From contig CAMWQM010000006.1 of the NCBI GenBank assembly GCA_947176375.1, positions 13,531-77,530 on the forward strand: a stretch of DNA of 64,000 nucleotides, given 5' to 3'. The notes beneath the pieces were generated by a model, which was given only the letters and a program-made list of their open reading frames with translations, searched no databases and had not been told where the DNA came from. The position numbers and the translations under genes are program-made. The stretch is from an uncultured Helicobacteraceae bacterium. GTDB taxonomy: Bacteria > Campylobacterota > Campylobacteria > Campylobacterales > Helicobacteraceae. Positions 31,517 through 41,700 of this stretch are shown piece by piece. Each line of letters opens with the position of its first letter. The stretch's first letter is position 1.

Positions 31517-31546
31517 GTTTTTGTTTTTTAGATTCTATTGTTAAAT
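31510..31546 (+). repeat. Solitary CRISPR-repeat-like 37-mer overlapping the cas2 stop (not a confirmed array)
   Basis: The sequence is GTTTTAGGTTTTTGTTTTTTAGATTCTATTGTTAAAT. It shares the GTTTTAG 5' end, the length and a TGnTAAAT-type 3' end with the C. jejuni type II-C repeat as I recall it. There is only one copy and no second repeat at spacer distance. Confidence 0.25.
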
Positions 31547-32759
31547 TTTAGGCTTTAACAGGGCTAATAAATCTCTAGCTTTGTAAAATATAGCTTTAAA
31601 ATTCTGGGCTTTTAGGTTTAATTTTATGTAGTAATATTCCATAGAAGTGTTTTGAGAACTTTAGAATCTAGATTAATTATTTTTTGTTTTTCATTTTGTT
31701 CTACAAAATGATGTGGATATATGGGAGGAGTTATAGCAAATAAAATGGATGTGTGTAAAACAAAAGTGTAGTTTATTCTTTATTTGTGGGAAAGGCTATA
31801 CTTGTTGATACTTTTAAAAAAGCTAGGAGTGCATTTTAAAGGATTTTAGTATTTAATTCATAAAAATGATGGCAAATTTTTAAGCAACTTTGGAATCAAA
31901 AAAAAAGAATCTAAATAATACTATAATGGTGAAATTAAAATAGATTTTATCAAGATTTTAAGAAGCTACATAGAATTTAAAATATTTAAAATTTCTTTAA
32001 CTTAAACTCTTAGATATGATTTGTGGAATCTAAATATTAATAATCTAACATACTTAAAGCTTTTCAAAAACTGCATAATACTCAAAATAGAAACTAGTAT
32101 GGCAGATTTTGGATAATTAGAGTTTTTAAAATTAGAATCTAAAGGTATCATTTTTAACCCCAATTCTTCTATAGGGGTTCAAAGAAATTATTTTATAGAG
32201 AATTGAGCAAATATTATATTAAATTTAGATAGTTTTCAATATCTATCGCAGATAAAATTAAAATTTGTGTTGAAAATATTCTAAGAATATGCTTTTATGG
32301 TAGTAGAAAATTAAAATTTTATTAATTTGTTAAATAACTAATCTTATTTATTTTAACGAATTTTTATACTAATCAGTTTAAAAATCTTCTTCATAAAGAT
32401 AGTCATTATATGAATTATTTACAATAAAATCTATATATTATTATATTCTTTAAATATAATTATATACACTCTTTATAAAATAACCTAAGAGATGTATATA
32501 TTTATCTACATAATAGACAGCAAAGACTATAAAAGACTATATTTGTTTGAGCTAGTAATTAAAAATCCAAAAAATATTTAATTATGGATGTTTTGTATAT
32601 AAATTTATGATTAGCAAAATACTAATTTCACCAATATTTAAATATTTTTCTTATTAAAAAAGTTGTGTAACTTTGCCATTTTAGCATTTGGATTAATTTA
32701 TTTTTTTGATTAAACTTTCTTTGTTTTTTAAATTTTAACAATAAAACAAAGGATAAAAA

Positions 32760-33256
32760 ATGAAACAAGATATTATGGCTAATGAAAATAGTGATGATGT
32801 AGTAGCCTATCAAAATTCAGGAATTCCTGCTACCTCTAATGAAAATTTAATGTATATTGAGAATGGAGAAGTTAAAAATAAAAAATTTGTAGATAGAACA
32901 CCAGAAGAACAAAGAGAAACTATTAAGAATAAGTTAGCTTATTATTTAAAAAGAACTATTGAAAATGGAACTTCACCACTATTTCAAAAACACTCTAAAG
33001 AATCTTTCCAAGATGAAAAGAATATAGCATTGTTAAAAGCAACTTAAAAGCTTCTAATCTCCTAGCTAAACATAAAAATGGAGGACATACTCTTAGGCAT
33101 TCATTTGCCTCATTAATATATAAGGAATCTAATAATCTTTTATTACTCCAACAGCTACTTGGACATTCCAGTATTGAGATAACTAGAATCTATACTCATT
33201 TAGATGAAAATGCCATAACTAATGCAACTAAATATTTAGATGTGATATGTGAGTAG
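32760..33256 (+). pseudogene. Decayed tyrosine recombinase (phage-type integrase), C-terminal part only
   Basis: A frame-2 fragment at 33017-33256 has no start codon. It reads ...[45 protein letters not shown]..., giving the HxLRH box, LLGH and the catalytic Y. The overlapping 95-aa ORF 32760-33047 (..NGEVKNKKFVDRT..SPLF..) looks like the preceding integrase segment in another frame. Confidence 0.65.
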
Positions 33257-33658
33257 AGTAATGATTAAAAAATAAAATGAATTAGAGTAATGATTTATTT
33301 TAGGTTAAAATTTTTAGTTCTAGATTCTAAATCATTATTAGACTTTACTTTAATATTTAAAGAAGAATCTAATTTATTATTAGATTCTATATTCTCTAAC
33401 TCATTTTCATAAAGTGAGTGTCAAGTCATTATTCATCGCCCTAATATCAATTAGCACTACTTTTTTGGTTGAATGCAGATAGCGTATAAACCCAGAAACT
33501 GATGAGCCTGCATCATAGTGAATTTTGGCTTATTTTTAGCATTTTTCTTGCTCCCAAAATATCTTGAATAAAATATAAGCTATCTATTTGTTCATTCTGT
33601 GCGATTTTTATTGGTTTATTTTGAGATATAAATTAAATTGTTGCTATAAAATGTATTT

Positions 33659-34315
33659 CTAAAGCGATTGTATGAATTTTACAGCTTTAAGTGAATCTAA
33701 AAAAATATTATTACTAAATTGTTCTAGATCTGCTCTTTTGCCATATCCACAGAGGATTCCAATGCCTTGAATATCAGCATTTTTAGCAGCTTGCAAATCT
33801 AGTATCGTATCGCCGATCATAAAAGATTTGTTTTTATCTATCTTTATATTTTTAGATTCCATTATCATCAAAGCATTTATTATCGGTTCTTTGTGAGGCT
33901 TTGTATGCACCACATCTTCCCTGCCAATCATAACGCTAAAATATTTTTCCACTTCAAAGTGTTGTAATAGTTCTCTTGAGGAGTGACTTGTTTTTGTTGT
34001 TACGATTCCTAGATTTGCAAATTTACTTGCTAGTTTTATGGATTCTGCTGCATTTGGAAGCATAGTCGTTTTAGCCCTATGTATCGTTGTGTAATGTCTT
34101 TTATAGTCATTGCAACACACCTCAATCAAATCACTACTCACGCCAAAAAATCTAAACATATCTTGCAGAGTGTAACCTATAAATTTTGTAATTTTATTTT
34201 TTGGAAGAAGTGGTATTTTGTGTTTCTTAAATACATTTAAAAAGCTCTCATAGATTGCATCTGTGGAATCTATTAAAGTGCCATCCATATCAAACAAAAT
34301 GATTTTATCTTTCAA
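33659..34315 (-). CDS. HAD-superfamily phosphatase (phosphoglycolate phosphatase-like)
   Basis: 218 aa with motif I FDMDGTLIDS, motif II VTTK and motif IV GDTILD. Confidence 0.85.
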   Translation of the reverse strand: MKDKIILFDMDGTLIDSTDAIYESFLNVFKKHKIPLLPKNKITKFIGYTLQDMFRFFGVSSDLIEVCCNDYKRHYTTIHRAKTTMLPNAAESIKLASKFANLGIVTTKTSHSSRELLQHFEVEKYFSVMIGREDVVHTKPHKEPIINALMIMESKNIKIDKNKSFMIGDTILDLQAAKNADIQGIGILCGYGKRADLEQFSNNIFLDSLKAVKFIQSL

Positions 34316-35636
34316 TTTTTAATCCTTTTAGCTCAAATCTTATAACAATTACACTAACAATGAAGGCGCAAAATAGTGATAGTGGGTAAGCTAGCCAGAT
34401 TCCATTCACTCCAAATAATTTTGCTCCAAGCGGTAGAAAAATTAGCATAAAAAATAAATTATGCGATAAGGAGGTTATTATAGAGCCTCTAACCTTACTA
34501 ATTGCTTGTAAAAATGCAGATATGATGATATTTGCTCCTAAAAATAAATAGCCTAGATAGTATATTTTAACAGCAGTGATTAAATCTGGCAGTATCTTTG
34601 TATCCTCTTTTAAAAAGATTCTAGCTATGTGGCTAATCCCTAAATAAAGCACAATATAAATGATTATCCCAATTATCGTGGCAAATATTAGACTAATTTT
34701 GAGAGTTTTTAGCACTCTATTTAAGTTTTTAGAGCCAAAATTATAGCTAACAATAGGCTGAAGCCCGTGTGATATAGCCAAGATGCTAGTAAAACAAATC
34801 ACTCCTATATACATCATTATACTTAAAATTGCCACCCCGCTTTGCGAACCTAGCTTGATTAGAAAAATATTCATTAGCATAATGATGAACCCAAAGGCAA
34901 ATTCCGACATAGATGGTGCGATTCCATTAATTGCAGACTTTTTAATCGCCTCAAGGCTAAAGGCTTTTATGAAATACAGTTCACCATTTTTGCACAAAAA
35001 ATGCTTTAGTATGATAATTAAGCCTATAAAATGCCCAATTATTGTAGAGAGTGCCGCTCCAAACATACCCCACTTGAAAATAAAAATAAAAATATAATTT
35101 AAAATGATATTAATAACAGAGCCAGAAATGAATGAAATCATTGTAAGATTCGGTGCTTTATCGTTGCGTGCGAAAGTGCAGAGAATTGATTGTGTGATAA
35201 TTATTGCATTTCCTAGCAAAATTACATTTAGATACTCTAGTGTATATGGCTTTAAAACTTCGTTGGTTCCAAGCACTATGACTACTTTTTCTCTTAAAAT
35301 AAAAAGTAAGATTCCAAGTAATATGCTAAATGTAGTAGTGAAATAAATTACTGAATTAAAAATCACTTTTGCTTTAAATGTTTTATAATTTCCTAAGGCA
35401 ATACTAACAAGTGCTGCTCCTCCAATCCCAAATAAAAGCTCAAATCCTGTAAAAAATGTAAATACAGGCACCACAAGTCCTACAGCAGAAAGTCCAGTCT
35501 CACCAATACCTTTACCAATAAAGATTCCATCGATTATTACATCAGTTGATAGCACAAACATACTGATAAATGAGGGAATAAAATATGATAAAAATAGTTT
35601 TATTATTGATGTATTTTTTAAGTCTAATTGTTTCAT
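34305..35636 (-). CDS. MATE family efflux transporter
   Basis: 443 aa with about 12 TM helices and the typical MATE N-terminus (LFLSYFIPSFISMF). The start overlaps the HAD gene by 11 nt. Confidence 0.82.
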   Translation of the reverse strand: MKQLDLKNTSIIKLFLSYFIPSFISMFVLSTDVIIDGIFIGKGIGETGLSAVGLVVPVFTFFTGFELLFGIGGAALVSIALGNYKTFKAKVIFNSVIYFTTTFSILLGILLFILREKVVIVLGTNEVLKPYTLEYLNVILLGNAIIITQSILCTFARNDKAPNLTMISFISGSVINIILNYIFIFIFKWGMFGAALSTIIGHFIGLIIILKHFLCKNGELYFIKAFSLEAIKKSAINGIAPSMSEFAFGFIIMLMNIFLIKLGSQSGVAILSIMMYIGVICFTSILAISHGLQPIVSYNFGSKNLNRVLKTLKISLIFATIIGIIIYIVLYLGISHIARIFLKEDTKILPDLITAVKIYYLGYLFLGANIIISAFLQAISKVRGSIITSLSHNLFFMLIFLPLGAKLFGVNGIWLAYPLSLFCAFIVSVIVIRFELKGLKIER

Positions 35637-35710
35637 TATTCTCTCACTGAAAGTTTAGAATCTATAAGTTAAAGCAATTTTTGCTATTTATATTGTTAAA
35701 ATTTTTTAAG

Positions 35711-37303
35711 CTATCGCTTTAGTGTAATATCTTCTCCCGGATTGCCTTCTGAAAAATTCACATTTTGTAATCTCAATTTCAGGTCTGAAGGTGAAGTGGC
35801 CTTTTCCATAGCCACATCTTCTGTAACTATATTATTTGTGATTAATTCAAATAGATGCTGGTCGAATGTCTGTGTCTGGTAGATTCCTTTTCCTTCTGCT
35901 AATGCTTCTAAAATTTCTCCATCTCTACCTTCGTCTATGATTAGTTCGATTCTAGGGGTTCTAAATAGTATTTCTATTGCTGCTGTTCGTTTTCCATCAA
36001 CCGTTTTTAATAGTCTTTGAGAAATAATGGAGTTTAGTATGCTTGAGAGAGTTTTTCTAATTCTATATTGGTCTGTTGGTGGAAATACTGAAATAATCCT
36101 ATTTATAGTCTCTTTGGCATCGAGTGTATGTAATGTTGATAGCACTAAATGCCCTGTTTCTGCAGCGTGAAGTGCCATTTCTATTGTTTCAATATCTCTC
36201 ATCTCACCTACTAGAATAATATCTGGGTCTTCACGCAGTGCTGCTTTTAGTGCATTTGCAAAGCTATTCGTATCCATTCCAACACTTCTCTGATTTATCA
36301 TACTCTTTGCATCTTTATGCACGAATTCTATCGGGTCTTCAATGGTTATGATATGCTTTGCGTGTTTATGGTTTATTTCATTTATGATTGCTGCTAGTGT
36401 GGTTGATTTACCAGAACCTGTGATACCTGTAACAAGCACTAACCCACGCTCCATATCTACTATTTTATTGATTGCTTCAGGTAATCCTAGCCCTTGTATA
36501 GTATTTTGTGTTGTAGGAATGGTTCTAAATGCGAATGACACTCCTTCCATTTGAAAAAATATATTTACCCTAAATCTTGTTGTAGCATCATAGATATAAG
36601 TCATATCCATCTCTTTATTTATTGCTAATTCTTGGAATCTAGTCCTTGTTAGCTCTTTTGCAAATGTTATTGCTTCATCTTTTGTAAAAATGTCATTACT
36701 AAATATTACAATATCACCCCTAACTCTAGCACGAATATGGGAGTTTGCCTTTAAATGTAAGTCGCTCCCACCCACACTAATTAGCTTTTTTAAATAACCT
36801 CTAACTTTTTTTGTTATGGCAAAATCAAGCTTATCTACATCAACTACTAACGAGTTGGTGTTTTGATTTGTGTTTGACTTTTTATTAATCGTTTGTTCAG
36901 CTAAAAAAGCAGATTTTATGTCGTTGTGTATAGATTTGTTGTAATTATGTATGTTTTGGTCTGGTATATTTATTTTAGATTTTGGTGAGTTTGGCTGTGA
37001 TTTTGTTTGTATTGTGTTTATAGGTTTTATTAGTTTCCCTTGATGTGCATTTAAGTTTGCTTGATCTGATTTTTGGCCAATATTTGGAGTAACTGGTGTG
37101 AATCTGTTAGATGAAGTCACTGATTGCGACGTAGCCATCTTCTTTGTAGAGATGTGCGTTGAAATATTATTTGTTATATTTGTGTTTGCTGTGTCCTGTG
37201 CATTTCTATTTGTCATAACTGGTTTAGCATTAGCTAATACATCAATAGTATTTATTTTAGGGGTAGTTTTCATTTGTGTGTTTAACCCAATATTTGTTTC
37301 CAT
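35711..37303 (-). CDS. PilT/PilU-like type IV pilus retraction-family ATPase with long low-complexity N-terminal extension
   Basis: 530 aa. Walker A GITGSGKSTT, Asp box EDPIEF, Walker B ILVGEMRD and His box TGHLVLSTLHT are present, with a PilT-like tail RTPRIELIIDEG. The first ~170 aa are Asn/Thr/Gln-rich. Confidence 0.82.
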   Translation of the reverse strand: METNIGLNTQMKTTPKINTIDVLANAKPVMTNRNAQDTANTNITNNISTHISTKKMATSQSVTSSNRFTPVTPNIGQKSDQANLNAHQGKLIKPINTIQTKSQPNSPKSKINIPDQNIHNYNKSIHNDIKSAFLAEQTINKKSNTNQNTNSLVVDVDKLDFAITKKVRGYLKKLISVGGSDLHLKANSHIRARVRGDIVIFSNDIFTKDEAITFAKELTRTRFQELAINKEMDMTYIYDATTRFRVNIFFQMEGVSFAFRTIPTTQNTIQGLGLPEAINKIVDMERGLVLVTGITGSGKSTTLAAIINEINHKHAKHIITIEDPIEFVHKDAKSMINQRSVGMDTNSFANALKAALREDPDIILVGEMRDIETIEMALHAAETGHLVLSTLHTLDAKETINRIISVFPPTDQYRIRKTLSSILNSIISQRLLKTVDGKRTAAIEILFRTPRIELIIDEGRDGEILEALAEGKGIYQTQTFDQHLFELITNNIVTEDVAMEKATSPSDLKLRLQNVNFSEGNPGEDITLKR

Positions 37304-37442
37304 TTTTTAATGACACCTTGCATTGTTGAAATTTACTTAAAATTAATCTAAAATAATAACATAATTTTTAAGTTTAATTCTAGTTTGTAAGTTTTATTTG
37401 ATATAATTAACAAAATAACAAACAAAAAAGAAGGTGTGATTT

Positions 37443-37865
37443 ATGAAAAAAGCTGGATTTACTATGATAGAGCTTGTTTTTGTTGTTGTAATATTGGGAG
37501 TCTTGAGTGCAGTTGCAGTTCCTAGATTTTTATTAAGTCGAGAAGATGCTTGCTACGCTAAGTTAAGAGCTGATTTATCCGAAACACAAACAGTGCTAAC
37601 GAGAGAATATACAAAACGTTTTATGCAGGGTAAAAGTCTGACTAATGATGAATTAAGGGATATTTTGAAATCTACATTAATTTCAAATAGTAGCGATAGA
37701 TGTGAATTTCAGTATGTAGATACCACTAAAGTGAATGCACTAGTTAATAAAAACTTATTATCATTTCATATTCAGACTGATTCTATTACAAAATCACCTA
37801 CAATAACTTGTGATTTACAAAATGATATGTGTAAAAGATTAACAGGCAAAAAAACTACAAACTAA
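37443..37865 (+). CDS. Prepilin-type N-terminal cleavage/methylation domain protein (type IV pilin/pseudopilin-like)
   Basis: 140 aa. MKKAGFTMIELVFVVVILGVLSAVAVPRF is a class III signal (G/FTMIE). The gene is divergent from the PilT-like gene. Confidence 0.8.
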   Translation: MKKAGFTMIELVFVVVILGVLSAVAVPRFLLSREDACYAKLRADLSETQTVLTREYTKRFMQGKSLTNDELRDILKSTLISNSSDRCEFQYVDTTKVNALVNKNLLSFHIQTDSITKSPTITCDLQNDMCKRLTGKKTTN

Positions 37866-37879
37866 CATAAACTAAGCAT

Positions 37880-37904
37880 TATAGAATCTAATATTTAGAT
37901 TCTA
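37880..37904. repeat. Perfect 11-bp inverted repeat built from two TAGAWTCTA motif copies (possible hairpin or terminator after the pilin gene)
   Basis: The sequence is ATAGAATCTAA-TAT-TTAGATTCTAT, 15 nt after the pilin-like stop. No T-run follows, so terminator function is uncertain. Confidence 0.5.
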
Positions 37905-38058
37905 TTGTATTAAACAAAGTCTTAGAATATTACCCGAATAAACACTTAAAGAATTTTTGTAAATATCATACTTTCTTGTCCAAATCTTAAAATAAGCAAC
38001 ATTTATGTTTTAAAAAGCTAATATTACATCTTGAATTTAATATATACAAGGATTGCAA

Positions 38059-38547
38059 ATGCCATTACTAGATAGTTTTAAAGTAGATCACACAAGAATG
38101 CCATCTCCAGCTGTTAGATTAGCAAAAGTTATGCAGACGCCAAAAGGTGATGAGATTTGCGTATTTGATTTAAGATTCACAAAGCCAAATGAGAATCTAT
38201 TGAGTGAAAAAGGGATACACACGCTAGAGCACTTATTTGCAGGATTTATGCGTGAGAATCTAAAAAATTGTGAAATTATAGATATTTCCCCGATGGGTTG
38301 CAGAACAGGCTTTTATATGAGTGTGATAGGCAAACCTAGCGAATATAGTGTAAAAGAGGCGTGGGAAGATTCTATGCGAGATGTTTTGAGGGTGAAAAAT
38401 CAAGAGGATATTCCAGAATTAAACATTTATCAATGTGGGACTGCAGCAATGCACTCGCTAAAAGAGGCACAAGAAATCGCATATGATGTGCTTGAGAAGG
38501 GAGTTGGTATTATGAATACGCAAGATTTATTGCTTAAAGGGTATTAA
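38059..38547 (+). CDS. luxS: S-ribosylhomocysteine lyase (autoinducer-2 synthase)
   Basis: [14 protein letters not shown], the metal site [12 protein letters not shown] and SPMGCRTG are present. I prefer ATG 38059 with an AAGGA RBS over the track's TTG at 38053. Confidence 0.93.
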   Translation: MPLLDSFKVDHTRMPSPAVRLAKVMQTPKGDEICVFDLRFTKPNENLLSEKGIHTLEHLFAGFMRENLKNCEIIDISPMGCRTGFYMSVIGKPSEYSVKEAWEDSMRDVLRVKNQEDIPELNIYQCGTAAMHSLKEAQEIAYDVLEKGVGIMNTQDLLLKGY

Positions 38548-38548
38548 A

Positions 38549-38749
38549 ATGACAGAAACTATTGAAATTTTAGGAATGAGTTGCAATCACTGCATTGAAA
38601 AAATCAAAAGATTTGTTGGCAAAGTTGAGGGTGTAGAAGATATGCAAATTAGTTTAGAAAGTAAAACTCTAAAGGTTAGCTTTAATTCTCCTGCTACTTT
38701 AGAGCAAATCAAAGAGGCAGTATTAGATTCTGGTTTTGAAATAAAATAG
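38549..38749 (+). CDS. Heavy-metal-associated (HMA) domain copper chaperone, CopZ/CopP-like
   Basis: 66 aa with the GMSCNHC metal-binding motif and a ferredoxin-like length. Confidence 0.85.
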   Translation: MTETIEILGMSCNHCIEKIKRFVGKVEGVEDMQISLESKTLKVSFNSPATLEQIKEAVLDSGFEIK

Positions 38750-38770
38750 TAAATTTAACAGAGGGGTAAA

Positions 38771-41700
38771 ATGAATTTTTTTAGAATCTTAATATTAGCA
38801 GTATTTGCTTTATTTTTTGGTGCTTGTGGTGATGATAAAAGCTCTCTTGCTTCATTTACAAGTGGTGTGGTTGATACAAATATCACTCCACAAGTGGTTT
38901 TTAAAGATGAGGTAACAAAAAATATAAATAATATTTTTGAATCTAGTGGCGAAATTAAAATCAATGGAAAAAATTATTTTGGAAAGTATATGTTTAATCA
39001 AAATAATTCCTTAATTCTCTTACCAGATTCTACATTCAATGCAAATGAAAACTACAAAATAGAATTTGATTTTAAGGCAATCAATGAAATCACGCAATCT
39101 AATATACAAACAAAAAAGTTTAATATGGAGTTTAAGACCTCTGAGTTGATTATAGAAACTCCGCGTGCAAATTTCATTAAAGATAAAAATGATTTATCTA
39201 AAATAAATCTTGATGTGACTTTTGAGATTTCTCAAGAGATTCCATTTGAGAGTATAAAAGAAAATGTAAAATTACTAGATTCTAGTAATAAGGCAGTGGA
39301 TATTGATATAATTGCATTTGGAACAAAAAAGTTTAATATTATTTCCACCCCACTACCTTCTCCACAAAATGGTGATGAAACCTATACTTTAATCTTTGAA
39401 AAGAAGATAGGGGTAGCAAAAGACATTAAAATCCCAATTACTGCAATAAAAATTGTAAATCTTGATATTATTGATATAAAAACAAATAATAAAAATATTG
39501 AGGTTAGATTCTCTAGCCCTTTGGCTATGAACCTAAATTTAAATAATTTTATTAAAATCACACCAAGCATTGATTTTAGCGCCTCTTTGGCTGGAGATAC
39601 AATCAATATCAAAGCGCCTTTTAAAGAATCTCAAACATATAAAATTGAGATTTTAAAAGGCATAGTGTCACGACCGCCATCTAATTTAAAGCTAGAGGAA
39701 AGTTATAGCAAGGAAGTGCAGTTTTATAATCAAGAGCCAAAAATTGTATTTTCAAATAATGGTGTATTTTTGCCCGATAGCAATAATAAAAAGATAGCTT
39801 TTAAGTCTATAAATGTTAAAAAAGCTAGAGTTGTAGTTAAAAAAATTTATACAAATAATATTACTCAGTTTGTTCATAATTCAGATTTTTTTAAAAATAG
39901 TATGCGAGATTATTATTTATATGATTTTAATATTATGGGTGATATTATAGAAGAAAGTGAGATCAAGATTGATTCACAAAAAAATGTGTGGGTGCAAAAT
40001 GAAATAGATTTAAGTGGGATTAAAGATTTAAGTGGAATCTTTATTGTTAGTTTGCATTTTAGCGAAGATGATGTGGATTACACTTTCCCAAGTGGCACAG
40101 CAGGGTGGAAGAAAAGAAATTATTTTTATGATAATGGCAATATTTATAAACAATTAATATTCTCAAATATGGCACTCATCGCACAAAAATATGGTGATAA
40201 TATAATTGTCTCAAGCCTTGATATTAGAACCAATAAGCCCTTAAGTGATATAATTGTTGAATCTATTAGTGCCAATAATCAAGTCATATCTTCTGGTATT
40301 AGCAATAAAAATGGCGATACTGTATTAAAATATAAAGGCAGTGGCGATTTAGAGCATTTAGAGACTTTTTATATCACAGCAAGGAGTGAGGATTTTAAAA
40401 ATTTTGCAATTCTAAAGCAGAATCAAAGGGTAAATGAAGACGGGTTTGATATTGATGGAATCTCTCCTAAAAATGGAATCAAAGCTTTTATCTACACAGA
40501 TAGAGGTGTTTATCGTCCAGGCGATAGCGTAAATCTAAACATCATAGCAAGGAATGGTGAAGCAGCCCTAACCCATCCAATAAAGCTAACAATCATAAAT
40601 CCTAGAAATAAAAAGCAAATTGATAGTTTAAATATAGAATCTTCTAGTGATGGAATGTATTATTATGAGTTCAAAACCCCAAAAAATGCAGATACTGGGA
40701 TCTATAATGCAATAATTGATATAGGTGATAATGTTTTTACGCATAAGATTGCGATTGAAAGCGTAGTGCCAAATAGGATTAAAACGCAAATTAATGTAGA
40801 GGATATGATAAATATTACAAAAGAGCAAAATATTAATTTTTCACTTCAAAGTGATTATTTATTTGGTGCTCCTGCAAGTGAACTTGAATACAAAGTTGAG
40901 GCAAATATTACTCCAAAAATCTTTAACTCAAAAAAATATAAAGATTATACATTTGATAATCCTACAAACTTAAGATACACTAGCAATAAGTTGCTTAGCG
41001 GGACTTTAAATGAAAATGGCTTTTCTCAAAGAAGTATAAAATTAGATTCGATAAATGATATTAATAAGAATCTTGAGGCAAATATAATTGCGTGGGTTTA
41101 TGAAAATAGCGGTAGAGCAGTTAGTGCAAGAAAAAAGATTTATTTGAAAAAATTTGATAGTTTTGTTGGGATAAAAAAGCCTATCACAAACTACATCAAA
41201 CAAAATGCAAATATCACAATCCCTGTGATTTTACTAGATGAAAATGAGAACCCAATTCCAAATAGAAAGCTAAAATACAGAATCTACAATAATAGCTACT
41301 CGTGGTGGTGGGATTATGACAATTATAATCAATTCTTAAGGTCGATAAAAGCGGATAAAAATACAAGGCTAATCAAAGAGGGAGAAATAATTTCAAAAAA
41401 TGAAATTAGCCATATTATGTTTCAAGTTAAAGAGAGAGGCGAGATTTTGCTTGAAGTAGAAGATTCTACAAATAAGCAAAGCGCTTCAATATTGCTATAT
41501 TCATCTTCGTGGGGAGAGCCGCTTGATGTGGATAAAATCACTCAATTAAAAATCAAGGCTAATAAAGATTCCTACATCCACAATGAAAATGCAAAAGTTA
41601 GCTTTGAAAGCGTGAAAGGCGGCAGAGCATTAATCACAATTAGCAATAATAGTGAGATTGTAGATAGATATTGGATTGATACAGATGAGATTCAAAGTCA

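Noticed and set aside
31517-32760. I searched for a CRISPR array and tracrRNA downstream of cas2, and also in 26235-26574 upstream of cas9.
   Set aside because: No 30-40 nt sequence recurs at 60-70 nt periodicity. The only recurring elements are the ubiquitous TAGAWTCTA motif and short TTTTAGG(C/T)TTTAA echoes. This is reported as a finding (absence), not as a CRISPR feature.
33420-33560. A minus-strand fragment reading AKIHYDAGSSVSGFIRYLHSTKKVVLIDIRAMNNDLTLTL, reminiscent of the C-terminus of RelE/ParE-type toxins.
   Set aside because: It is too short, with no start codon, no antitoxin partner and only a vague resemblance. It cannot be supported without a database search.
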